In this document: positions 32,506-47,270 of the stretch, piece after piece
Layout of the letters: each line of letters starts with the position of its first letter
Position numbering within the stretch: the first letter of the stretch is position 1
Assembly: GCF_009914755.1 (NCBI RefSeq)
Contig: NC_060933.1
Source: the human T2T-CHM13v2.0 reference genome, Homo sapiens
Length of the DNA: 64,000 nt
Reading direction: 5' to 3' (one strand)
The notes under the pieces: generated by a model
Database searches by the model: none
The model's input: only the letters and a program-made list of their open reading frames with translations
Told to the model about the DNA's origin: nothing
Made by a program: the position numbers and the translations under genes

Positions 32506-32808
32506 AGCCAAGTGCGGTGGCTCATGACTGTAATCCCAGCGCTTTAGGAGGCTGAGACAGGTGGACCATCTGAGGTCAGGATTGAGAACAGCCTGGCCAA
32601 TATGGTGAAACCCTGTCTTTACTAAACATATAAAAATTAGCTGGGTGTGGTGGGGGGCACCTGTAGTCCCAGCTACTTGAGAGGCCAAGGCAGGAGAATC
32701 ACTTGAACCTGGAAGGCAAAGACTGCAGTGAGCTAAGATCACGCAGCAGCACTACAGCCTGGGTGACAGGGTGAGATGGTCTCAAAAGGAAAAACAAAAA
32801 CAAAAAAA
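32506..32808 (+). mobile_element. AluS
   Basis: Full-length Alu. Confidence 0.93.
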
Positions 32809-33112
32809 CACCCATTTAATTGACAAACTTTACAAAGACTGATACTAGAGGTTGTTGGAGAGGATGTTGTTCCACATATCTTATGAGTTACCGATGGACA
32901 AGTAAGATGGTAAAATGCCTTTGAAAAACTGACCATACCTGCTATACTTAAATATTCAGATACCAAACACCCAGAAATTCCATCTTGTCATTTATTTCCA
33001 CAAGAAAAAACAAGAGACCTGTATTAAAATATCCATTTCTATTAAAAATAATCACACTAGGTTTCCTGAATTTTTTTTATTGGTAGCTCTTGTTTTCAGC
33101 AGTACAACTTCT

Positions 33113-34131
<1,019 letters not shown>

Positions 34132-34798
34132 TATTTGTATTTTTTAATCTACCACACTCTAAGAACACATATTTTAAATCAATTTCTACATTCAGTGCCT
34201 AGAACAAAACCAGCATTTTGTAGATTCCAAAGAATTATTTGTTGTATAAATGATGAATAACTTAAATAAGTTATTATTTATAACATCTATATAAAAACCA
34301 TATATTACCTGAGAATACAGTGATAATATTTGTTATGTATAAAATGATTGCAATCTCAGTTAAAAAATATTTTTTGCATGAGTTATTGTCATATACAGAT
34401 GCTCACATTGTTTTGTTTAGATGAAAATGTTTGTAACTACTATGCACATTTTTGTTACTTAAGCCTTTTGGTCATGCTGCCGTAGCAAATCCTGTGCCTC
34501 TTAAGAACACGAACCTGTTTTACTTCATTCTTTATCAGATTTCTTAATGAAATATATACCATACTATTTTGTTTAACACATAAGCAGACACCCTGTCAGA
34601 AGCAAAGAGACATCTACTCCACCATTACCACCCATGCCTCTGCTAATGTGGCTGCTGAAGATGTTACCTAGAGCAGAGGACTTTGTGTTCAACCTAAGCA
34701 CTTTATATCCTTTATTTTCAATTGGGTAGGAGATAAAATAATTCAGCAACAATAAAAGTCACACTTCTTAAAGTTGCAGTCTTGCCAATGCACCACAA

Positions 34799-35362
34799 TG
34801 TAGCAGTCTCTCTTGTGAGGTATCACCTGGAGTTCTTCATCTCACCACCAAGATGATTAAGGGACGGGGACACAAGGGTGAGGTGGGAGTGAAAGTTTAA
34901 TAATCAAAAGGAGGAAGCTCTCTGCAGCAGACAAGGGCATCCAAGTGGATTGCCGTTTTTACAGTTGAATCAAAAAGCTTTTATAAGGAACTCCTCTCAG
35001 CTATATATAAAACTGTCTGCACAATTCCCTTTATATATCCAGCTGTGGGTATGTCTCTAGACAAGCACAAAGTGGGCTTCTCTTGTTTGTATAACTGTGG
35101 GTTTGTTTTAGGTAAGCCCCCCTCCTCCCTGCGCAAGTTCCCACAGAGGCCGCCATGTATATGCCTGAAAAAGGGAGGAAAATTTTACCTGGGAGCTTGC
35201 CAATTACACAAAGAACAGAAGGCATCTGTGCTGGACCCTGCATGCTCATCTGTTCAGGGCTTATCTGTAGGTGCAGTAGTTGTGATTTTTCAGGCAGACA
35301 GCTTCCCTGAGGACCAGTCTCTTACTTGTTTACCCAACTAATTTTCCTTTCCCTCTCCCTCA
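34799..35362 (-). mobile_element. ERV1-class solo LTR
   Basis: TG...CA ends, tttaat and ttttata on + strand, imperfect 4-bp TSD acaa/acat; subfamily uncertain. Confidence 0.7.
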
Positions 35363-35840
35363 ACATTATGCAGCAAAACAGAGTACACTTCTCTTTCCCA
35401 GTAAATCAGTGTTGGTACTCCACTCTGAATACTTGTATTATTGGATTTCTTAGGAAAAAAATATTTGGGATCATAATTTAGATGCCATCAAACAATGAAC
35501 AAAAATATGCTACTTCGTTTCCCTTCTCTTCTCTTGTTACCAGACAATAGCTAGTTTTCTTTTCTCTCCAACTCCTTTTTTCTCTGCTTCTACCTGATTT
35601 TTAAAAAAAACTTCTACACATTTCCAATCTTAGTATAGCAGACATCAAATATGTGGTCAAACTACATACATAGGAAGAGTTGAATTATATTATTATATTC
35701 AAGCATTTTAAAATAATTCCCCTTCAGTTTGTTTTGCAGTTATTTTACATAATCAAATGTCTTCCTGATATATGTCCCAACCGAGTGGTTGTCAAGCTCT
35801 GCTTTGTTTTCTAATTGCATCAGAATTATCCACAATTCTT

Positions 35841-36142
<302 letters not shown>

Positions 36143-36592
36143 TAAAACAGCACAACTCAAGATTTAATAAAAATTTCCAAGAGAAGAAACCCAGGAATAT
36201 GCATTGAAAACGTCTCCCTCAGGTGATTCTGACGTGATATGTGGTCTGAGTTTAAAATGCAAGGAAAATTACCTTCCCTGCCCTCCAGTTGGCCCTTATG
36301 TCCAGATGTCCCTCTTCCCCTTTCTCATTGTGCTCTCTCCTGTGCCTTTGTTCTATTCTCCCTCCACTTCTCATCCAGATGCCAAGCCCTCTTCCATCAA
36401 TTTCCTAAAACTCCAAATGGTCAGTTGCCTCTGTCCCATGAACAAGTTACTCAGGCAAACGTAGAATTTCGGCTTGGACCAAGCTGAATCAAGAGCTGCA
36501 ATTAAAGATTTCCCTAAGCCCAGAGGGGACCAGCAAATACTTATAGAAGATTTTGGATTTCCTCCGAATGCATAAGGCTCTGGGTAACCTGA

Positions 36593-36948
36593 TGCTATAG
36601 ACCAAATGTTATTGTCCCCCTCAAATTCAAGTGTTGAAATCTAATTCCATATGTGATGATATTTGGAGGTAGGGCCTTGGGGAATGATTAGATCATGAAG
36701 GCAGGGACCACAGGAGTGGGATTAGTAGCCCCTATTGAAGGCACCATAGAGAGCTCCCTCATCTCTTCTGTCATGTGAGGACATGGTAGAAACATGGCTA
36801 TGAACCACAAAGCAAGCCCACACCAGACATGGAATCTGCTAACCACTTGACCTTGAATTTTGCCATCTCCAGAACAGAGAGAAACAAATTTGTTTATAAG
36901 CTTCCTCATCTATGGCATTCTGTTTTGACCCCAGATTAGCTAAAAACA
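36593..36948 (+). mobile_element. MLT1A/MST-like MaLR solo LTR
   Basis: tgctatagac...ccccctcaaattc...gtgttgaaatctaat...ctaaaaaca. Confidence 0.8.
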
Positions 36949-37259
36949 CCAAAATATCAACTTGTACACCAAATTTTCAAAATGGATGCTAAAACTTTGA
37001 TGGCAAAAGGTGACTGATCTGCCTGAGAAATGAACCTACATGATCCCTCTTTCCACAAAGCTGGAGGGAGAGTCAACACAAACAAAAATAGGTCAAAGTC
37101 TTCTAAAAGCCATACCTGAAGGGTTTTCAATATCACTTGATCAGATGGTAATTTAATCACCCAAAGAACCACAACAAAACACACAACTATCAGAGGTTTT
37201 CAACGTCACCTCAAAAACACCATCTACAATATTAGGGAGTGAAAGAAGTCATGGAAGTT

Positions 37260-38471
<1,212 letters not shown>

Positions 38472-38525
38472 CTTGCTCTCTTGAGCATCTCCCACCAAGT
38501 GAGCTGGCTATGGGGCTAACTCTAG

Positions 38526-39134
<609 letters not shown>

Positions 39135-39299
39135 TGGTTACCAGAATTCTAAGTTCTGTTAGGGTCTGTTGCCAAAGAAGTGAGGTTGCTTCTTTAAAGT
39201 TCCATCCCCTCAGCCTCCTCCTTCCAGAAGACCTACTCAGGACCCCAGTGGGCTGCTGACTGCTCATCCTCCCCACAGGTCAACTCCTTACCTGTACAC

Positions 39300-42200
39300 A
39301 GTTATGTCCACCCAGGGCCTACTTGGACACCTGCACCTGATGTTCACCAGGGGCCTAGGAATCCACTTGGGGCCTGGGATCCTACAGGGACCTAATGTTA
39401 CCTTGCAGATTGAGTAGCCACCTGGGGACCAGGTATCAACCTGGGGACTGTGGTTGACCTGTGGGTTAATGTCCACCTGGGGACTGGTTATTCAGCTGAG
39501 GCCTGATGCGTACCTGGGGCCGAATGTCCCCCTCAGGGTGAATTCCACCTCAGACCTGTATGTCCACCTGGGGCCTGATGTCTGCCTTAGATCTATGTCC
39601 CACTGGGGCCTTGTGATCACCGGGGACTGGTATCCAGCTGTGGCCTGATGACCTACTGCATCCTGTTGCTCACCTACGGCCTGGTGTCTACCTGGGGCTT
39701 GGTGATCGCCTGGGAACTGGATATCAACCTGGGGCCTGGGTGTCCACTTAAGGCCTGATGTGTGCCTGGGGCCTGACTGTCCACCTGGGGACTGGATGTC
39801 CACCTTGGGTCTGATGACTACCTGAAGTTAGGTATCTACCTAAGGCTTGGTGTCTACCTGTGGCCTGATGTCCACATGAGTCTGGGGTTCAGTTGGGGCC
39901 TGCTGTACAACTGGGACCTTGGTGTCTATCTAAGGCCTGATGTCTACCTGGTGACTGCCATCCTCTTGAGGCCTGATATCCACCTGGGAATGGTTTATCC
40001 ATGGAAATGGTTATCTCCGCCTGGGGCTGGATGTTGCCCAGGGGCTAGATGTCCACCTGTGGCCCTGTGTTCACCTAGGGCCTGATGTCCACCTGGGGCA
40101 TGGTGTTCACCTGAGACCCGGGTATTTACATAGGGCCTGATGTCCAGCTGGTGCCTAGGTGCCCACTGGGGGCCTTGTGTTAACCTGGGGACTGGTATCC
40201 AGCTGGGTCCTAATGACCACCTGGGTTGAATTATTCACCTAGAGTTTGGTATTCACTTAGGGCTTGAGTGTCAGCCTTGGACATGGTGTCCACCTGGGCC
40301 TTGGTTATCAAACAAGGGGTTTGGTATCCAGTTGAGACATCATTTGCACCTGGGGTCTGAGTGTTCGCATGAGGCCAGATGACCACTGGGGGCCTGAATG
40401 TCAACCTGGTGTCTGAAATTCACTGGAAGCCTAGGTATCTAGCTGGGGCCTGATGTCCACCTGGGACTAGGTGTCAACATGTGGCCTGATGTAAACCTCT
40501 AGTTGAGTGTCCACCTTGGGCCTGATGTCCACTGGGGGACTGATGTTCCCCTTTGATCTGATGTCTACCTGGAAACTGTGTATTCACCCATGGCCTGATG
40601 GTCACCTGGGGTTGAATGTCCAACTGTGGCCAGATGTGCACCCGGATTCTGGGCATCCACCTGGGGCCTGATGTTCAGCTGGGGCCTGGAGTTCGCCTGA
40701 GGCATGATGCCTACCTGAAGCTTAATGTTCATCTGAGTGCTGGATGTTCACTTGGGGCCTGATATCCACCTGGACCCTTCTCAGGCCTGATGTCCACAGG
40801 ACCCTTCTCAGGCCTGATGTCCACAAGTTGGCCTGGTATTCATCTGGGGCCTTCGTGTTAACCTGTGGCCTAATGTACTCCTGGGTTCTAGTGTCCTCTT
40901 GGGACCTGATGTCTACCAGGATCCAGGTATCCACCTGGGGCTCGGTATCCACCTAGGGCTTGATATTCACCTGGGGCCTAGGAATCCACTTGATAACTGG
41001 TGCCATCGGGGTCCTGATGTTCACCTTGGGACTGGGTAACCACCTGAGGCCTGATGTCCACTTAGGGCATAAGTGTTTATCTGGGGTCTAGTGTTCACAT
41101 AGGGTCTGATGTCAACCTTGAGACTAGGTATTCACCAGGGGACTAGTGTCCAGCTGGGGCCAGATGTTCGCTTGGGGCCTGGTGTCAACTTGGAGCATGG
41201 TTGTCAACCTAGGACCTGATGTCCAGTCCAGTGTCCACCTTGGGCCTGTTTACTACCCAGGGCCTGTGTGTCCACATAGACCGTGGTGTCAATCTGGGGC
41301 CTGGGTATTTACCAGGCGCCTGGATATTCATTGGTACATTATGTCTACTGGAGTCTTTGTGTCAATCTGAGCTCTGATGTCTACCTAGAGATTGGGTATC
41401 CACCTAAGGCCTGGTGTTTACATGGGGCCTGTAACATGAGGTTCCAGATGAACTCAGATGTCCACCTGAGGCCTGATGTCCACCTGAGTTCTGAGTGTTC
41501 ACATAGGGCCTGCTGTCAACTTGGGACCTAAGTGTTTACCTAGGGCCTGGGTGTCCACCTGGTGCCTGACTTCCAACTAGATCTTGTGTCAACATGGGGC
41601 CTGATGTCCACTTTGGGCCTAGGTAACTTCCTGATGACTAATGCCCACATGGCTCCTAAGGACCATCTGAGGCCTGGTATTAATTTAGAGACTGGTATCC
41701 ACCTGGGGTCCAGGTATCCACTTGGGACCTGATGTTCACCTGGAGTGTAGGAATTCACGTGGGGCCTGGTATCCACCTTCAGGGTGTGTATCCAATTGAG
41801 TGCTGGTGTCCACCTGGAGTCCCGTGTATACCTGGGGCCTGATGTACACATGGAGCCTGGGAGTCCATCTAGGACCTGATGTTCAGATAAGGGCTGGCGT
41901 TCTCCTGGCCTGGTGTCCACATGGAGCCTGGGTGTACACTTGAAGCCTGATATCCCAGGTGGATACCTGGGCCCCAGTGGTCATCAGATCCTAGGAACCT
42001 CTCAGGCCCCAGGTGCACATAAAGCTCCAAGTGGCCACCTAGGCCACAGGTTGATACACAGGATCCAGGTGGACACTGGGTGCAAGATGAACACCAAGCC
42101 CCAGGTGTCTGCCTAGTCCTCAAGTGGACACCAGGCACTAGATTGACACACAGGTACCAGGTGGATATCAGGCCACAGGTGAACACCAGGCCCCAGGTGG

Positions 42201-45200
42201 TTGGGTTACTTATAGCATAGGTGGCCATCAGTTCCCAGGTCTATATCCACTCCCCACTTGAAAATCAGGATCCAGGTGGATACCCATGTCCTAGGTGAAC
42301 ACCAGGTTCCAAATGAACATCAGGCTCCAAGTGAACACACAGGCCCCAGTTCAATACCAGCCTCAGGTAGACATCAGGACCCAGGTGCACCCCAGGCCCA
42401 ATGTGCATGCCTAGTCTCTTGGAATACATCATTTTCAAGGTGGACACCCAGATTCCTCAAAGACATCTGGTGCCAGGTGGATATCTGGCTGCAGGTGGAC
42501 ATCAGGCCCCAGGTGGAGACCCAGTACACAGGTGTAAATCAGGCTCCAGTATTTCATCAGGCCCCAGTTTAACACTTGACTAAAGGTGTGCATCAAGACC
42601 CAAGTTGACAGCCAGGCTTCAGGTGCACACTAGGCCCAAAGTGTACACCTGTGCCAAGGTGGGCATCAGACCCAAGGTGTACACCAGACCCCAAGTGGAC
42701 ATCAGGTTCCAGGTTGACACCAGTCTCTAGGTAGATCCTTAAACCCCAGTTGGTCATCAGGCCCAAGGTGGATACCTTGACCCCAGGGGGTCACCAGGTC
42801 TCAGGTCGACACTAAGCCCTAGGTTCAAGGTCTGAGATGGTTTCAGCCCCCATGTGGACTTTAGTCATAAGGAGCTTACCTAGGCCCTAAGTGGACATCA
42901 GGCCCCAGGTTGACACAATGAACCATGTAGATGTCAGGCTGTAAGTAGACACCCAGGCCCTAGGTAAATACTTTGGTCCCAAGCCAACATCAGGCCCTAT
43001 GTGGACACCAAGACTCCAGGCAGATGTCAGGCCCCAGGTGAACACTGAACTCAGGGTGGTCATCAGGCCCTAGGTTGACACATAGGCCTCAGGTAGACAA
43101 CAGGCACAGGTGAACTTCAGGCTCCAGATGAACGTCAGGCTCCAGGAAGAAGTCTGTGCCCCAGTTAAACACCGGGTCTTAGGTAAACATCAGGCCTCAA
43201 ATGGATGCCCAGGCCCCAGGTGGATATAAGGCCTCAGGCAAACACCAGGCCCCAGGTAGACATTAGACACGAGATGGACACTCAAGCCACAAGTGAACAT
43301 CTGTCCCCAGGTGGACATCCACCCAAGGTGGACATCAGGCCAGAGATGTACACCCAGGCCCCAGGAGAACCCCAGGCCCCAGGAGGACACTCAAGTGCCA
43401 GAAGGACACCCAGTCCCTAGGTAACTACAAGACCCCAAGTGGACATGATGTTCCATATGGATATGAGGCCCCAAGTGGATACTAGGCCCAGGTGGACCCC
43501 AGATCTCAGGGGCACACCAGGCCCCAGGGGAACACCAGGCCCTAGGTAAGCATGCAGTCCCAGGTGGACATCAGTTTCCAGGAGGACACCAGGACCCAGT
43601 TGCTCATCAAGCCACAGCTGAACACCAGTTCCCCATGAACACCAGTCCTCAGGTGGGCACCTAGTCCTCTCGTGTGCTTCAGGTGCCAGGCTGACACATA
43701 GGCACCAGCTGAACTCTGGGCCTCAGGTGAACATCAGATCCCAGGTTGTCACCCAGGCCCCAGGTGAACACCAGGTTTTAGGTGGACATGAGGTGCTAGG
43801 TGGATGTCTATGCTCCTGGTGAACCTCAGGCCCTAGTGGACACTCAGGCCCTTTATAGAAATCTGGCTCCATGTGCACTCCCAGGGCCCAGGTAGACATG
43901 AGGCCCCAGAGGAACACCAGTCCTTAATCACCTAAGACTGAATTCCCCTAGGGCTGGAGACTGAGTATTCACCTTGGGCCTAGGAATCTACCTGGGGCCA
44001 GATGTCGATCTGGGGCCTGATGTCTACTCAGGTTCAGCTGTCCATCTAGGGCGGGGTGTTTTTCTGGGACCCAGAGTCTACCTGAAATCTTGGTATCAAC
44101 CTAGGGCCTATGTGTCCACTTGGAGTCTGATGTGCACCTGAAGCCTGAATTTTCACCTGGGATCTGATGAGCACCTGGGGCCCAGGTTTCCATCTGAAAC
44201 ATCAGGTTCTAGTTATACATCTGGGCCCCAGGTATACACTAGGCACCAAAAGAACTCCAGCCCCTATCTTAACATGAGGTCCTAGGTGAATGCCCAGGCC
44301 TCATGTCTACATTAGGCCTCAGGTAGACATGACTCCAGGTGGGCATCAGGCCTGATATTGGCTCTATGTCTCCACCCAAATCTCATGTTGAATTGTAATC
44401 CCCATGGGTTGAAGAATGGGCCTGGTGAATGGTTATTGAATCATGGGGGCAGACTTCCCACTTGGTGTTCTCGTGATAGAGTTCTTACGAGATCTGGTTA
44501 TTTGAAAGTGTGTAGCACATCCCCCTTCTGTCTCCCTCCTCCTCCCACATGGTAAAAAGGGCTTGCTTCCTCTTGGCTTTACATCATGATTGTAAGTGTC
44601 CTGAGCCCGCCCAGTCATGCTCCCTATTAAGCCTGAAGAACTGTGGGTCAGTTAAACCTCTTTTCCTCATAAGTTACCCAATATCAGGTAGTTTTTTATA
44701 ACTGTGAAAATGGACTAATACAAGGCCTTAGGATAACAACCATGCTTCAGGCCATAGGTGGACATCTGGCTGCAACTGGACACTATTCCCCAGGTGGATA
44801 CCTAGGCTCAAGGTTGACATTAGTCCCCAGGTAAACAACAAGCCCCAGGTGAATACCTATGCCCTAGTAGACATCAGGCCTCAGGCTGACACTCAGTCTA
44901 ACCTCAACATTAGGCTCCAGGTGGACGCCCAGACTCCAGGTGGATACTAGACCCCAGGGGTACACCAGACTCCTGGTAGGCATAAGGCCCCAGGAGGACA
45001 CTAGAATCCAGGTGTACATAAAGCCACTGGTTGACACCAAGCCCTCAGATGAACACCAGGCCAATTAGTGGACGTTAGGCACATGAGAATACTTGGGCAC
45101 CAGGTAGGTATCAGGCCCCAGGTAAACATCAAACTTCAGGTGGACATCATTCTCCATGTGAACTCTAGCCCCAGCTAAACATCAGGCTCCAGGTGGAAGC

Positions 45201-47270
45201 CCAGACCCCAGGAGCACTTCTGGCCACAGTTGAACATCTGTCTCCAGGTGAATATCAGACCATGGATGGATAGCAAGTCCCCAGGTGGACATCAGGTCAA
45301 AAGTGAATATGAGTCTCTAGGAAGACATCTGGCCCCAGGTGGATACTGAACTAGAGGTTTACATCAGGCCCTAGGTTGACAGCAAGGCCCAGGTAGACCG
45401 CAGGCCCCAAGTGAAGACCAGGCCCTAGGTGGATACCTAGGCCCCTAGTAAACCTCAGATTCTAGGTTGACATTCAGGCCCCCAGTAGTCATTTGGCCCC
45501 AAGTGGACACTCAGGCGCCAGGTTCACATGATGTCTTAACTGGACACCAACGGGCCAGTTTGATACCCAATCCTATGTGGGTGCCAGGTCCAAGGTTACA
45601 CTCAAGCCCCAAGTGGACACCAGGCCCCAGGTGAATAATACAACCCAGGTGGTCATTAGGCCCCAGAATGACACCAGTCCCCAGGTTAACAGGAAGCCCC
45701 CAGTGGGTACCTAGGCCCCAGCTGGACATCAGGCCCAATGTGGACAAACAGGATCAAGATGGACATCAGGACTCAGGTGGACATCTGGTGACAGGTGGAC
45801 AACAAGCCTGGTGTGTACCTTGTCCCCAGGTGGTCATCAGGCCTCAGTTCAACACCAGTCCCTGAGTGGATTCCTCGGCTCCAGGTGGACATCCGGTCTT
45901 CAGCTGAACATCAGACCCCAGGTGAACACCAGGTCTTAGGTGGACATTAGGCCCCTGGTGGACATAAAGTACCAGTGGACATCCATGCTGCAGGTGGACA
46001 CCCAGGGCCCAGATGGGCATCAGGCCCCATTTGGACATTGAGGCCCCAGGTGGATATCAGGCCTCAGGTGAACCCTAGGTCCAACATAGACATCAGGCCT
46101 TAGGTTGACACTCAAGCACCAGATGGACTGCTGCACCTAAGCAGAAAACAGACCCCTATCTGGATATCTGAGATACATGTATACAACAAGCCCCAGGCTG
46201 ACATCCAGACCCCAGGTGGACACCATACCCCAGGTGAACAGCAGGCAACAGTTTGTCACCAAGTACCTAAGTGAAACAAAGCCTTAGGTGATTACCAGGC
46301 CATAGGTAGTCATTAGTCTCCAGCTGGACAATAGTCCCTAGGTGGATACCCAGGCCCCAGGTGGACACTAGACCCCAGATTAACACAAAAACCAAGTAAA
46401 AAATCAAGCCCCAAGTGGACAACCAGGCCCTAGGTAAATACACAAATCTCAAGCTGACACCAGGCCCTATTTGGACACCCAAGCCCTAGGTGGACTTCGG
46501 ACCCCAGGTGAACACTGAACTCTAGAAGGTCTTCAGGCCCTGTGTTGACTACCTGGCCCCAGGGAGACACCAGGCATAGATGAACTTCAGGCACCAGCTG
46601 TACATCAGGTTCCAGGCAAATGTCCAGGCCCCAGGTGGATATCACACCTCAGATGAACACCAGGCCCCAGGTAGACATCAAAAACCAGGTGGACACTCAG
46701 GCCCCTACTGAATATCCGTCACCAGGTGGACATCTGTCCCAAGGTGGACACGAGGCCACAGATGTACACTTAAGCCTAAGGCAGACCCCAGTCCCCAGGA
46801 AAACTCCAGGCTCCATGAGGGCACTCAGACCCCAGATGGATGCAGTGGTCCTAGGTAAATACAAGGCCCCAGGTAGACATCAGGCCCCAGTGAACACTGG
46901 AGCCCAGGTGGGTATCTAGTCCCCAGGTGTGCATCAGGCAGAAGGTTGACCCAGTCCCCAGCTGAACTCTGGGCCCCAGCTGAACATCATAACCCAGATG
47001 GTCACCCAGGGTCCAGGTGAACACATGGTCTTAGGTGGACATCAGGCCCCACATGAACACCCAAGCCCCAGGTAGAGATCAGGCCTTAGGTGTACAGCAG
47101 ACCTCAGGTGGGCATCTGGCTCCAGATGGCCATAGGTGGATAACTAAGCCTCTCCTGGATATCAGGCCCCAGGTGGGCACCAGGCTCCAGGCGAACATCT
47201 AGCCCCAGGGGGACATCCAGCCCCTGGTGGACATCAGGGCTCACATGGATAAGCAGTTTACAGATGGACA
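39300..47270. repeat. Degenerate ~19-bp tandem satellite, consensus ~CCCAGGTGGACATCAGGCC (possibly HSAT5, unverified), in four orientation blocks
   Basis: Hundreds of variant units; reverse 39300-41954, forward 41955-~43950, reverse ~43950-44197, forward 44198-47270. Confidence 0.95.
44353..44722 (+). mobile_element. THE1D/MSTA-like MaLR solo LTR inside the 19-mer array
   Basis: tgatat..ggctct..cccaaatctcatgttgaattgtaatcccc...tggactaataca; perfect 5-bp TSD AGGCC (44348-44352, 44723-44727). Confidence 0.93.

Noticed and set aside
39300-47270. CRISPR-like array or repetitive protein-coding exon
   Set aside because: No constant repeat with unique spacers, primate context, and frequent stops and frame changes
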